A DNA stretch of 64,000 bases from a virus. Its lineage: Duplodnaviria > Caudoviricetes. Below are positions 19,448-28,824 of the stretch, one piece after another. Under the pieces are notes generated by a model. The model made no database searches, was not told the DNA's origin, and worked only from the letters and a program-made list of their open reading frames with translations. Position numbers and translations under genes: made by a program. Location: the IMG/VR virus record IMGVR_UViG_3300005326_000040, positions 274,056 through 338,055 of that record. One strand, 5' to 3'. How positions within the stretch are numbered: position 1 is the first letter of the stretch; every line of letters starts with the position of its first letter.

Positions 19448-20221
19448 GTGAAAATGAGTTTTACAAAGATTCTAAATCACCCGGATTGCCAAGAAATTAT
19501 CGCTAAGCTTACGTCTGGCGACTCGTCACGAGATGTTGCTGACTGGCTAAAAAACAAATATCCCGACAACAAAGACCACCAAGTCTCTTATAATTCTCTG
19601 AACGAATTTAGAAAGAGTCATCTAAATGTTCATGGCGCTGTTCTGAATGATATTCGCAGCAAACTTGCTGATTCTGTAGAGCAAGACGCTAAAGAACAAC
19701 TTGTCAAAGAAGTGAAAAAGAACAAGACTTATCGCGAAAAATGCGAAGAAGTTATAGATAAAGAGATTGATTGGCGCTACAGGTTGATGCAGTTTCTCAA
19801 TGTTGTTGAAAGTCTATTTGAAGATCACTTCAATGAGACTCAGAAAAATCCAGAAAATTACAAACGTCAGTATGTAATGCAGGGCTGGATGACAACTATT
19901 ATTCAGATGGTCCAGGAAATCAGAAAGATGGAGGGTGCTCCAGACCAAATCGTCCAACATAACGTAACAATTCAAACTATTGAAGAACAAACCGCTCTTA
20001 TTCAAGAAGCCTTGCGTCAGACTTTTGCTGAAGTGGATTTAGAAACGTCACTGCTGTTGATGGATAAATATACTCAAAATCTTGCAAAACTGAAAGCTCA
20101 AAGAGAAAGCCAAATTTCTCCCGAGGTAGCCTATAAGAAAATCAATACCGTTCTAGATAATGTTGGAATGAAGCTGTTACCAGAATCTAAAAAAGATGAT
20201 AATGAAGGCGGCAATGAGTAA
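19448..20221 (+). CDS. Possible terminase small subunit-like HTH protein
   Basis: N-terminal ILNHPDCQEIIAKL...DWLK...VSYNSLNEFRK HTH followed by coiled coil, 5 kb upstream of TerL. Confidence 0.35.
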   Translation: MKMSFTKILNHPDCQEIIAKLTSGDSSRDVADWLKNKYPDNKDHQVSYNSLNEFRKSHLNVHGAVLNDIRSKLADSVEQDAKEQLVKEVKKNKTYREKCEEVIDKEIDWRYRLMQFLNVVESLFEDHFNETQKNPENYKRQYVMQGWMTTIIQMVQEIRKMEGAPDQIVQHNVTIQTIEEQTALIQEALRQTFAEVDLETSLLLMDKYTQNLAKLKAQRESQISPEVAYKKINTVLDNVGMKLLPESKKDDNEGGNE

Positions 20222-22157
20222 AATAAAACTCAATAAATTTTTAGAAGAGAAAGTTGCCAAGGCGCTGGAACAAGCTGTTTCGGATGAATATAAGTCTTAC
20301 ATTTTGAAGGAAGCAGAAATGCTTTCTCAATTAGGCATTGAAAATGAATCGTCCCTAAAGAAATTCCATCACATTTCTCAATTCGTTCCAGGTTTGGTAC
20401 GACGCGCTACAGGCGCAAAAAATGTTACTCAACTTTATTCTTACGTCGGTCAAAAGGTTTTTGAGAACAGAGAATCAATTAATAGTTTGAGTGATTTATC
20501 CGTTTTTGTTATTGATTCATTGGCGGAGTTAGAGTTGGATGGTTTTAGAAAACTAGCCTACCCAACCGGAAATTCTAACATGGATCCTATACCAACGTTC
20601 AATATTGCCAAATGGACCAGAGCATTGAATGACATTTATATGAAGAACAGATTGTTTGGCAATAATAAGGAACAAAACTTTATTGAAATAACTAGCGGAT
20701 GGAGCGATATGGAAAAAAACAAATTCAAAGACTGGGTAAAGTTTTATGAAAGTGGAGCCCATTTACTGTATAAAAAAGCTAACAGTTCGGCAGCGATTAT
20801 CCCAGGGTATAATTCTTCGGAAAATGGTTCGTTTTATCCGTTCAAGTTAGAAAAAATCAATGGCTTTCCTAGTCAAGGACTTCCAACGGCAAACACAAAT
20901 CTTGAAGAGATAGCCAATGAAACTGTTGCTCCTAAAAGTTCTAAGAAGACAAAGGCAATGGAAGAGAGCGGCGACGAAGCGAGAAAAACTCTTATTAGAC
21001 GTTTGCGCACATTGCAAAATTCGTTATTGAAAAGTCATGTTAAAAGCTTTGTTGGTGAAGACCTTTATAGAAAGCTAGTTAGAACAATTAGCGACCTATT
21101 AAACGATGTGATGGAAGTAAAGACAGCGAGTATGTTGTCGGACCTTGTGGGGCGCGCAGAATCTATTCTAAAGCAATCTGGGTTAAATCAAGAAGCGCGT
21201 TTGCTTGTGAAAATTGCTCAATCTGCAATGGATGCTCCTCCTATGGATATGCCTCCAGCATCTCCACCTGGAGAAGGTAATGAAAATGCAGGAAGAGATT
21301 TGATTGCAGGACTAAATAAAATTGCTCCTCCACCCAAAAAGTTTCCAACTAATGACGAGCTTCGAAAAGATATGAAAAAGGAAAAAGAGGAAGCTGACCC
21401 GATAGAGCCTGCGGCTGAGAGCGCTCCAGTTCCTCCTGCTCCTCCTGCTGGTGCTCCTCCTGCTCCACCGCCATCTCCAGCAACAGCTTCTGTTGGGCCT
21501 CTTTGGGCTAAACATGTGACTGCTGAAGTAAAACAGTTAGAGCACATTTGTGAATGTATTGCGGATGCAGCGCATAATGCTCGTAAAATTAAAAAGATGG
21601 CACAAGCGCTTGCTCCAGAAGCATCAGGAGCACAGCAGCCAAAAACAGAACCTAATCCTGCTTATCTAGACGCTCTTGACCAAGCTTTTGCTAACATTAC
21701 TGTAAACGATGTCATTAAGCAGATGCAGGCTTTATCAAAAGTTTTCAAGAACAGAGAGATTGCACGTCAACTAAGCATTATCGATTTGATGTTGGACAAA
21801 CTCGGTATAGCTGGTTTGTTCCCGCAATTAGCTGAGGCAACAAAGTCTGCCCTGGAATCTAATCAGTATTCTTCTATTCGTGTAGATGAAGTTCTTTCTA
21901 AACTAATGTCCATGATTGATCAAAATGGAAATGTTAATGTAAACTTCAACGTTGCAGATAACAAAGACTCTATCGTAGACCAAGAAATGAAGAAAGCGCT
22001 TGAAAATCCTGAGGTAGTTCCTGGGGGACAGCCAATGCCGGGAGCAATGCCTTCTCCAGAAGCACCGCCAATGGCCGCTCCAGAAGTGCCTCAAATGCCG
22101 CCGCAACCAATGCAGTCAGCGCCTTTAGGAAATCCTTCACTCAATCCAATGGTGTAA
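20196..22157 (+). CDS. Putative head/internal protein with Pro-rich linkers
   Basis: 653 aa; FRKLA, YKKA, VKTAS, VKIA and KKMA motifs; two Pro/Ala/Met-rich tracts. Confidence 0.6.
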   Translation: MIMKAAMSKIKLNKFLEEKVAKALEQAVSDEYKSYILKEAEMLSQLGIENESSLKKFHHISQFVPGLVRRATGAKNVTQLYSYVGQKVFENRESINSLSDLSVFVIDSLAELELDGFRKLAYPTGNSNMDPIPTFNIAKWTRALNDIYMKNRLFGNNKEQNFIEITSGWSDMEKNKFKDWVKFYESGAHLLYKKANSSAAIIPGYNSSENGSFYPFKLEKINGFPSQGLPTANTNLEEIANETVAPKSSKKTKAMEESGDEARKTLIRRLRTLQNSLLKSHVKSFVGEDLYRKLVRTISDLLNDVMEVKTASMLSDLVGRAESILKQSGLNQEARLLVKIAQSAMDAPPMDMPPASPPGEGNENAGRDLIAGLNKIAPPPKKFPTNDELRKDMKKEKEEADPIEPAAESAPVPPAPPAGAPPAPPPSPATASVGPLWAKHVTAEVKQLEHICECIADAAHNARKIKKMAQALAPEASGAQQPKTEPNPAYLDALDQAFANITVNDVIKQMQALSKVFKNREIARQLSIIDLMLDKLGIAGLFPQLAEATKSALESNQYSSIRVDEVLSKLMSMIDQNGNVNVNFNVADNKDSIVDQEMKKALENPEVVPGGQPMPGAMPSPEAPPMAAPEVPQMPPQPMQSAPLGNPSLNPMV

Positions 22158-22160
22158 TGG

Positions 22161-22931
22161 ATGAAACTGCGCGAACTATTTAGTGTTATAGATTCTACCG
22201 CCAAAGAAATAGGAGCTTCTACTCCATTTCTTGTAGGCGGCATGGTTCGTGATATTGTTATGCATAAGTTTGAGAATATCAAAGACATTGATATTACCTG
22301 CGGCGACGCATCCAGTGACGAGCTTGGAAGAGCGTTGGTTAAGAAAATTCCTCAAGCAACTTACACTAACTTCAGTGATGGTCACGGCAGACTGTCCACA
22401 GAAAACTTCAATATAGACTTCAGCAATAATTTCAATGTTAGTAATATCGACGGGATATTGAAGGGCTTTGGGTATCTAAAAGCAAAACCAATTGAAAAAG
22501 AAGTTTATAGCAGAGACTTCACTTGTAATTCTTTGCTGTTGCCTTTAACGTCTTCTAAAGTTTATGATCTTACAAATAGAGGAATCAAAGATATTAAAAG
22601 CAAAATTCTAGACACATGTCTGGCTCCAGAAATTACTTTACAAAGTGACCCCAAAAGAATTGTTAGAGTTATTTACCTGTGTGCTAAATTAGATTTCAAA
22701 CCTTCTCCAAGGGTAGTTGAATGGGTAAAAAATAACACTAAATTGATGTCTTCAGTAGAAAAAAAGTATGCTGACGAAAAACTAAACAAAGCAATAGAAT
22801 TAAACCCAAAGGTTGTTTTTGATTTAGCAGAAGAGCTAAATATGAATCAATTTATACCAAACAGCGCAGCTTATAGAGATTTTGCTGTTGAAAATCCTGA
22901 AATACTGTTGAGGACACTAAATGGACAATAA
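22161..22931 (+). CDS. Class II tRNA nucleotidyltransferase / poly(A) polymerase family, head domain only
   Basis: FLVGGMVRD, KDIDIT, SRDFTCNS, GIKDI, SDPKRIVR; 256 aa. Confidence 0.88.
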   Translation: MKLRELFSVIDSTAKEIGASTPFLVGGMVRDIVMHKFENIKDIDITCGDASSDELGRALVKKIPQATYTNFSDGHGRLSTENFNIDFSNNFNVSNIDGILKGFGYLKAKPIEKEVYSRDFTCNSLLLPLTSSKVYDLTNRGIKDIKSKILDTCLAPEITLQSDPKRIVRVIYLCAKLDFKPSPRVVEWVKNNTKLMSSVEKKYADEKLNKAIELNPKVVFDLAEELNMNQFIPNSAAYRDFAVENPEILLRTLNGQ

Positions 22932-23430
22932 GAAGAAAATAGTTAAATTAGCGGTTATTAGAGACCCCAAAGATAGGGTTTGTCCTTTTGGTTTGTTTGT
23001 TCCGGACGCATGTAAATGCGCTGGAGAAAAAGTATTGCAAATGACTCCTTTGCTTACTTTAGATGATACTGCGAAGTCAAATGATATTCAATTGGAAAAA
23101 GACCCTGAAACTATCAAAGAAGCCGTAAAATCAAATCGAAGTATTTTGATGTGGGATGACGCTCGTCCTGCGCCATGCGTGTTTTGTAATGCGGTGTTTG
23201 ATGAGAAACAAAAAGTAGAATGCAGCTTTGGTGATAAGGCGGCAGGGATGGGACACGCCGATTTTATGAGCTTTCCTTCCTATACCCAATATTTTTCTAT
23301 GGGATATTCTGCCGTTCCTGTCGGCTTCTACTCTGACCACCCATCGAGGAATCAAATAGGTAATCTTGAATCGATGGTTAGTGGTACTTTTGCAGAAGAT
23401 GAGTCGAACGACGAAAAAATCAAGAAGTAA
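22921..23430 (+). CDS. Cys-rich hypothetical protein
   Basis: CPFG, CKC, CVFC, CSFG. Confidence 0.6.
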   Translation: MDNKKKIVKLAVIRDPKDRVCPFGLFVPDACKCAGEKVLQMTPLLTLDDTAKSNDIQLEKDPETIKEAVKSNRSILMWDDARPAPCVFCNAVFDEKQKVECSFGDKAAGMGHADFMSFPSYTQYFSMGYSAVPVGFYSDHPSRNQIGNLESMVSGTFAEDESNDEKIKK

Positions 23431-23435
23431 GAGCG

Positions 23436-23448
23436 AATAATAGAGCAT
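23436..23448 (+). promoter_or_regulatory. Putative late promoter motif AATR-N6-YAT
   Basis: AATA-atagag-CAT in the gap before 23477. Confidence 0.45.
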
Positions 23449-23476
23449 CATCTGTAGATCAGTCATTTTCTATGGT

Positions 23477-24397
23477 GTGGTAATGGTAAACAAAAAGATC
23501 GGACAAGTAGTTAGTATTCCCGTTGAAAACGCTTCTAAAACTCCCGAACCAGGAGAGGTTGTTGTTTTGGATGAAGATATGTTTGGGCCAGAAGGCGCTT
23601 TATCTGGATTATCTGGTTCAATAGAATCCACAGATAAAGAAGTCAACATAAATATTGAAAATGTTGATGAGATTACATTTCAACTAGGCCCCGTCCCTGG
23701 AGCACCAGAAGAAGTTATTCTAGAGGATGAGGACGAAGATGATGATGAAGTCTCAGAAGAAATTCAAGAGGCGGAAGATGATGAGCCTGTTGACGACTGG
23801 GGTTGGGAAAAGAGTCACGGCACAAAAGACTTTTTACAGTGGCTTCAGAAAATGATTTCTGGTGTTCCAGCACACAGTGGTCGAGACACCACAGGTATTG
23901 AACGAGCATTTTCGTATTTCAAGAAACTTGATTCTGAAATCAGTCGCGCCATGAGCAGAGATTTCAAACGAGAAATTGACGCTGCAAAAGCCGAGGAAGC
24001 TCGAAAAGTTATCAACGATGGTATGGACCGTCTTGTTACCAGACTAGATAAACTTCGGAAAAAGTATAAGAAGAAGACTGCTGAGGATGTCTCAGGGACT
24101 TTAGTGAAACGCGCAGAAACCAGTTTCACTGGAGGCATGACTGTAAACGTACCTTACTTTATTTCTTTTATAGCAAGAGCTTGCGTTAACGCTACCGTTT
24201 CCAGTGGCAAAGACATGGGCGAAACATTTGATACTCTTAATAAAGAATACAAGCTTGACAAGAGAGAAAAAGCCCAAGTCATTCAACTAGTAAGAGATAT
24301 GGGATACCCACTTTATGTTGATAGACTACGCATGAAGGACGGCAAGTTAGAGTTTGACGATGACGAAGCCGAACACCTTTCCCAATACAGAGGCTAA
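23477..24397 (+). CDS. Putative head/internal protein with acidic N-terminus
   Basis: Acidic tract; KKKTA and LVKRA motifs. Confidence 0.6.
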   Translation: MVMVNKKIGQVVSIPVENASKTPEPGEVVVLDEDMFGPEGALSGLSGSIESTDKEVNINIENVDEITFQLGPVPGAPEEVILEDEDEDDDEVSEEIQEAEDDEPVDDWGWEKSHGTKDFLQWLQKMISGVPAHSGRDTTGIERAFSYFKKLDSEISRAMSRDFKREIDAAKAEEARKVINDGMDRLVTRLDKLRKKYKKKTAEDVSGTLVKRAETSFTGGMTVNVPYFISFIARACVNATVSSGKDMGETFDTLNKEYKLDKREKAQVIQLVRDMGYPLYVDRLRMKDGKLEFDDDEAEHLSQYRG

Positions 24398-24399
24398 TT

Positions 24400-25056
24400 A
24401 TGGCATTTCGTAGAGCAGACGACGGCAGTGTATTTGGCTCGAACCTTGAAAAGGTATTTGAGGAACAACTCAATAAGAGCCAAGAACCATCTATTACTGA
24501 TTATGTGCGAGCGTCCTTTGGGAAAGTTGCTTATCCAACAACTCCTCAGATCAAGAAAGTTACCGTGGCTGACATGGTAAATGATTTGATGGTTCGAACG
24601 GGTTTGAAAGATTATCTTGCTCAAGTCAATTCATCTGTTAATGCAGAAGCTTTAACAACAAAAGCTGCTCAACTCAATCAGGAGCTTGGGCTACAAACTG
24701 AAAATAAACTAAATTCTCTTGCTGATTACCCTGGTTTTGAAGCTGCTTTGCAAGATTATATTTCTTCATACAAGCATCATCAAATAAGCCCAGTGTTGCA
24801 TTACATTGAGCATACTCTCAAGCCAGCAATGTTGAGTCGCGGTGTAATTCCTCAAGAAATGGCTGACCTAGCTGTTCAACATGATCCTAAGATTATCGGC
24901 ATGATTAAAGAGTTAATTGCTCAAAAATACAATAAGAGCGTTAACGATATGAAGGAATTGTTTGAAACCGGTTTGGTAAATCAAGACCCCGGAAGCACTG
25001 GTCAAGTAACTCCCGCCCTAGAACACGTCGAACCAGATTCTGACGCTAATAAGTAG
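24400..25056 (+). CDS. Putative head/internal protein
   Basis: AFRRA and FGKVA motifs; 218 aa. Confidence 0.55.
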   Translation: MAFRRADDGSVFGSNLEKVFEEQLNKSQEPSITDYVRASFGKVAYPTTPQIKKVTVADMVNDLMVRTGLKDYLAQVNSSVNAEALTTKAAQLNQELGLQTENKLNSLADYPGFEAALQDYISSYKHHQISPVLHYIEHTLKPAMLSRGVIPQEMADLAVQHDPKIIGMIKELIAQKYNKSVNDMKELFETGLVNQDPGSTGQVTPALEHVEPDSDANK

Positions 25057-25078
25057 GCTAACAAAACTGGAATATGTT

Positions 25079-25091
25079 AATGTAGCATTAT
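25079..25091 (+). promoter_or_regulatory. Putative late promoter motif AATR-N6-YAT
   Basis: AATG-tagcat-TAT, 15 nt before the terL ATG. Confidence 0.45.
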
Positions 25092-25106
25092 TTTGGCATT
25101 TTAAGT

Positions 25107-26999
25107 ATGCTAGATAATCTACTAAATAATGTTGACATATTTAATAAGTTGAAGGATGCGGTTCTTAATCTTGATCCTGTGAGTTTTTGCGAAAAATATC
25201 TAACGCTGGATGGAAAGCCTTTTCAGCTGCGTTCTAACGGGTATAAGCCTTTCGTTGATATCTATCGATGTATCGGCTTAAAAGCTCTGGAACGAACCCC
25301 TTCTTCAAAACCCATTATTCTTGTAAAAGGGCGTCAGGTTGGAGCAACAACCATGGCCGCTTTTTTGGAAATGTATTGGATGGGCAATGGTATGTTTGGA
25401 ACTAATGGTAGACCACCAATTCGTATTATGCATTGCTTTCCTCAGTTAGATTTGGCAGCAGCATACACCAAAACAAAGCTCAACCCCGTAATTTCACAAT
25501 CAATTCTTGTTCCTGGGCAGAAAATTAGCCTTGGACGAAAGAACAAAACTTATATGCAGAGTCTGTTGAGCATGGATGTTGAATCATCTCAGCAGTATAA
25601 AGAATTCCAGAATGGAAACCATATCTGGATTGAGTCAACTGGATTGAACGCAGACCGTCTTCGTGGTCGAACAGTTGATGTAATGATTTTTGACGAAGTG
25701 CAGGATATGCCTTCTGACGCCATCTCTAACGCTACAAAATTGTTAGCAAAAGCTCAGTATGGCGCAGTCGGTGGTGGCGTTCAAGTATATATGGGCACTC
25801 CGAAAGGAAAAAGCTCTAAATACTATAACATGTGGATGTCTTCTTCTCAGCAATATTATCACCTTGGCTGTGAAAGCTGTGGAGAATATTTCCCGCTTTA
25901 TACTCCTGGGTCAGATGAGTGGGAAAGCATTTGGCTATATGGGTACACGGTAAAATGTCCTCATTGCGGTAAGTTGCAGAATAAAAATGATGCAGCTGAG
26001 CGCGGTAGATGGATAGGTCGTAACGATGAAGAGAATTGCGACATGATTGGTTATCATATCAATCAGTTGTATATGCCCGAATTTACCAAAGAGCGCATTG
26101 AAAAAGAAAAACCTGGAAAGAGCCCGATCAATACTGAGCGAGCTTGGATGAATGAAGTTTTGGGAGAGTTTTATGCGGGGCAAGGCGTAGGTATTAGCAC
26201 CGAAGAAATCAGACAATATTGCGCTGACTTTGAGCGGAAAATGCGCGCAAGAATACTTCCTTCTGAAAATAAGAGAGTATATTTAGGAGCAGACTGGGGC
26301 AAAAAGGTTGACTTAGACGTAAATGAAAAAGGTGAGAAAAAGACCCAGCAAGGTCAATCCTACAGCACTATCGTAGTAATAGCCGTAGAGGGTCCTGAGC
26401 TTGTTAGCATTCAATTCGCCACAAAGTTACCTAGAAACGATCTTCAATACAAAGTAGAGGTCATTGAACAGGCTTATCTAAATTATAACGTCAAACTGGG
26501 CGTAGGAGACATTGGCTATGCTGGAGACCTTACTGAAATCCTGCAAAATAAATTTGGTGATAAATTCCTGGCTAGCGAAGCTTCTGGAAGTAAATTGCAA
26601 CACAGAGTTAGCTTTAAAGAAGATGTTTTCCCAAAGACAATCTTGTTCGATAAAAACAAACTCATAGAAGAAATGTTTTCTATGTTCAAGAACGGCGCAA
26701 TCCGTTTCCCCTATGGAGACTTTGAACGTTTGGCGTGGCTTGTAAACCATTGTGCAAGTATGGAGGTCAAACCCACCAAAGATCGTTCTGGTGATACGAA
26801 GATTACTTACGTAAAGGGAGGAACGCCAAACGACGGCTTTATGGCACTAATTAATGCCTATCTAGCGTTTAAATTTGATATTAGTGACGGCTTTAAAAAC
26901 AAACAGATGTTACATAATATAGATGAGCACAAGTTCAATGACGATAGCCCACAGTATAGCGGCGCTATTTTTAGAACTAGCAAAAAATGGACGTTGTAA
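25107..26999 (+). CDS. terL: Terminase large subunit
   Basis: Walker A KGRQVGATT, Walker B VMIFDEVQD, GTP coupling motif, CESC/CPHC Zn site, RNase H-like YLGADWG and PNDGFMA. Confidence 0.92.
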   Translation: MLDNLLNNVDIFNKLKDAVLNLDPVSFCEKYLTLDGKPFQLRSNGYKPFVDIYRCIGLKALERTPSSKPIILVKGRQVGATTMAAFLEMYWMGNGMFGTNGRPPIRIMHCFPQLDLAAAYTKTKLNPVISQSILVPGQKISLGRKNKTYMQSLLSMDVESSQQYKEFQNGNHIWIESTGLNADRLRGRTVDVMIFDEVQDMPSDAISNATKLLAKAQYGAVGGGVQVYMGTPKGKSSKYYNMWMSSSQQYYHLGCESCGEYFPLYTPGSDEWESIWLYGYTVKCPHCGKLQNKNDAAERGRWIGRNDEENCDMIGYHINQLYMPEFTKERIEKEKPGKSPINTERAWMNEVLGEFYAGQGVGISTEEIRQYCADFERKMRARILPSENKRVYLGADWGKKVDLDVNEKGEKKTQQGQSYSTIVVIAVEGPELVSIQFATKLPRNDLQYKVEVIEQAYLNYNVKLGVGDIGYAGDLTEILQNKFGDKFLASEASGSKLQHRVSFKEDVFPKTILFDKNKLIEEMFSMFKNGAIRFPYGDFERLAWLVNHCASMEVKPTKDRSGDTKITYVKGGTPNDGFMALINAYLAFKFDISDGFKNKQMLHNIDEHKFNDDSPQYSGAIFRTSKKWTL

Positions 27000-27011
27000 C
27001 AAAAGGACGCG

Positions 27012-28763
27012 ATGACTGAGAAAAATATTCCTCCACAAATTATGTCGATGCTTTATTCTAAAGCAAACCCTGTAGCAAAAGGGAAATTCTCTGAAGATGG
27101 AATAGTTCGTGGAGAGTTTCGGGCCGGTAAAGGACAGGAAAGTGTTAAGAGAGATAACCAAACGATTTATTCGGCTTCTAGTGTAATTCGTAAAACGGCT
27201 ACTACATCAGCAGCAGATTCAGGAGCTATGGGAAGCTCCTGGCGTGGAACTGGCGGAATGGTTCGCCAAGGTCCAGAGATGTATACGCCGCTTCTTATGA
27301 CTTCAAATACCCAGCTTCCTCGTGACCGGCTAACGATGAATGCTTGGGTAAGAGCAATTTTTGCTCTTAATCCCATTGTAAATAACGCATGTTCGTTGCA
27401 CTCTACTTATCCAATTTCGAAGCTGAATATTAAATGCGAGAACAAGAAGGTAGAAAATTTTATCGGTGAAATGTGTTATGATATGGAATTGCATAACGCT
27501 TGTGTACAAATTGCTCAAGAGTTTTTTGTTATCGGCGAATGTTTCCCGTTCTTGCAGATGGATGAAAACTCTTTCAAGTGGAACAGCATTATCATCCAAA
27601 ATCCAGACTATATTTACGTAAAGAGGACACCTATCGCTGGCGAACCTCAAATTAGCTTGCGCCCTGATAGCGAACTTCGTAGAATTGTTACAGGAACAGA
27701 CCCGGAAAGCATCAAGCTTCGTAAGAGTATTCCACCGCATATTTTAGAGTTCGTAAAGTCTGGCAAAAATATTCCCCTTGATAACTTCTATGTTTCTCAT
27801 CTTGCTAGAAAAATTAGCCCTTATGACACCCGAGGAACAAGTCTCATCGCTCCCATTCTAAAAGCCGTCATGCTTTGGGATAAGCTTCGGGAATGTAAAT
27901 ACGCTCAAGCAGACAATATGATAAACCCACTTACGTTGGTTAAGTTGGGCGGAAGCGCAGATGCTGAGTATAAACCGTCTCCGGCAGATTTGGAATACTG
28001 GCGACAGTTGATGGAAGAGGTCCAGTACGACAAAGACGCTAAGATTATTGCTCCAGGAAGCGTTTCTATTGAAAAAATTGGCTCTCAAAACGTTATTGAC
28101 ATCAATCCTGATCTTCAGCAGTTGATGAAGGAAATGTATATTGGTCTAATGGTGCCTCAGGTAATCATGGAGGCCGGTGATATTACTTACGCTAACGGCG
28201 GTCTAAGTTTGGATGTTTTGCGTCAGCGTTATATGCAATTCCAAAATATGTTGGCAAAGTGGATTCGTACAAAGATTTTCCAGCCTATTTGTGAGTTGAA
28301 CGATTTTTGGGACTACAAGGATGGCGAGAAGAAGCTGATTATTCCCGATGTGGAATGGAACCACATGGCGATGTTTGATCTAAACGATTATATTCAGCTT
28401 ATTTCTGGATTAGTTACAGCTGAAAAGAAAGTTGTTTCTATTCATTCTTTGTTCCGAAGTCTTGGTTTGGATTATGAAGATGAGCGCAGAATGATTCGGC
28501 ATGAATCCATTGAGGATGAAATCTCTAATAAAGAGCAGGCTTCTCTACAGAAACTTACGCTGACAGAGCTTCGTGCTCTTGATGTTGGCGATGAGATTCC
28601 TGACATCCCGGATTCGCCAGTTCCTGGTGAAACACCAACCCCTGGCGAGAGTGCTGAAGGTCAAGAAGGTGGCGATGCTGGCGGTATGGGTGGCGCTCCT
28701 CCACCGCCGCCAGACTTGCCGCCAGCGCCACCGGCTCCGCCTCCAAGTGCCCCACCAGCATAA
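27012..28763 (+). CDS. Portal protein
   Basis: Directly after TerL; NPIVNNACSLHSTYPIS, GECFP, PYDTRGTS, LRQRY; poly-Pro C-terminal tail. Confidence 0.8.
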   Translation: MTEKNIPPQIMSMLYSKANPVAKGKFSEDGIVRGEFRAGKGQESVKRDNQTIYSASSVIRKTATTSAADSGAMGSSWRGTGGMVRQGPEMYTPLLMTSNTQLPRDRLTMNAWVRAIFALNPIVNNACSLHSTYPISKLNIKCENKKVENFIGEMCYDMELHNACVQIAQEFFVIGECFPFLQMDENSFKWNSIIIQNPDYIYVKRTPIAGEPQISLRPDSELRRIVTGTDPESIKLRKSIPPHILEFVKSGKNIPLDNFYVSHLARKISPYDTRGTSLIAPILKAVMLWDKLRECKYAQADNMINPLTLVKLGGSADAEYKPSPADLEYWRQLMEEVQYDKDAKIIAPGSVSIEKIGSQNVIDINPDLQQLMKEMYIGLMVPQVIMEAGDITYANGGLSLDVLRQRYMQFQNMLAKWIRTKIFQPICELNDFWDYKDGEKKLIIPDVEWNHMAMFDLNDYIQLISGLVTAEKKVVSIHSLFRSLGLDYEDERRMIRHESIEDEISNKEQASLQKLTLTELRALDVGDEIPDIPDSPVPGETPTPGESAEGQEGGDAGGMGGAPPPPPDLPPAPPAPPPSAPPA

Positions 28764-28781
28764 CAATTCCCTTTCATAACT

Positions 28782-28794
28782 AATAAAGAAGTAT
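28782..28794 (+). promoter_or_regulatory. Putative late promoter motif AATR-N6-YAT
   Basis: AATA-aagaag-TAT in the gap before 28825. Confidence 0.5.
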
Positions 28795-28824
28795 AAATGT
28801 TAGCAACTTCCTAAAAGGATTTCT

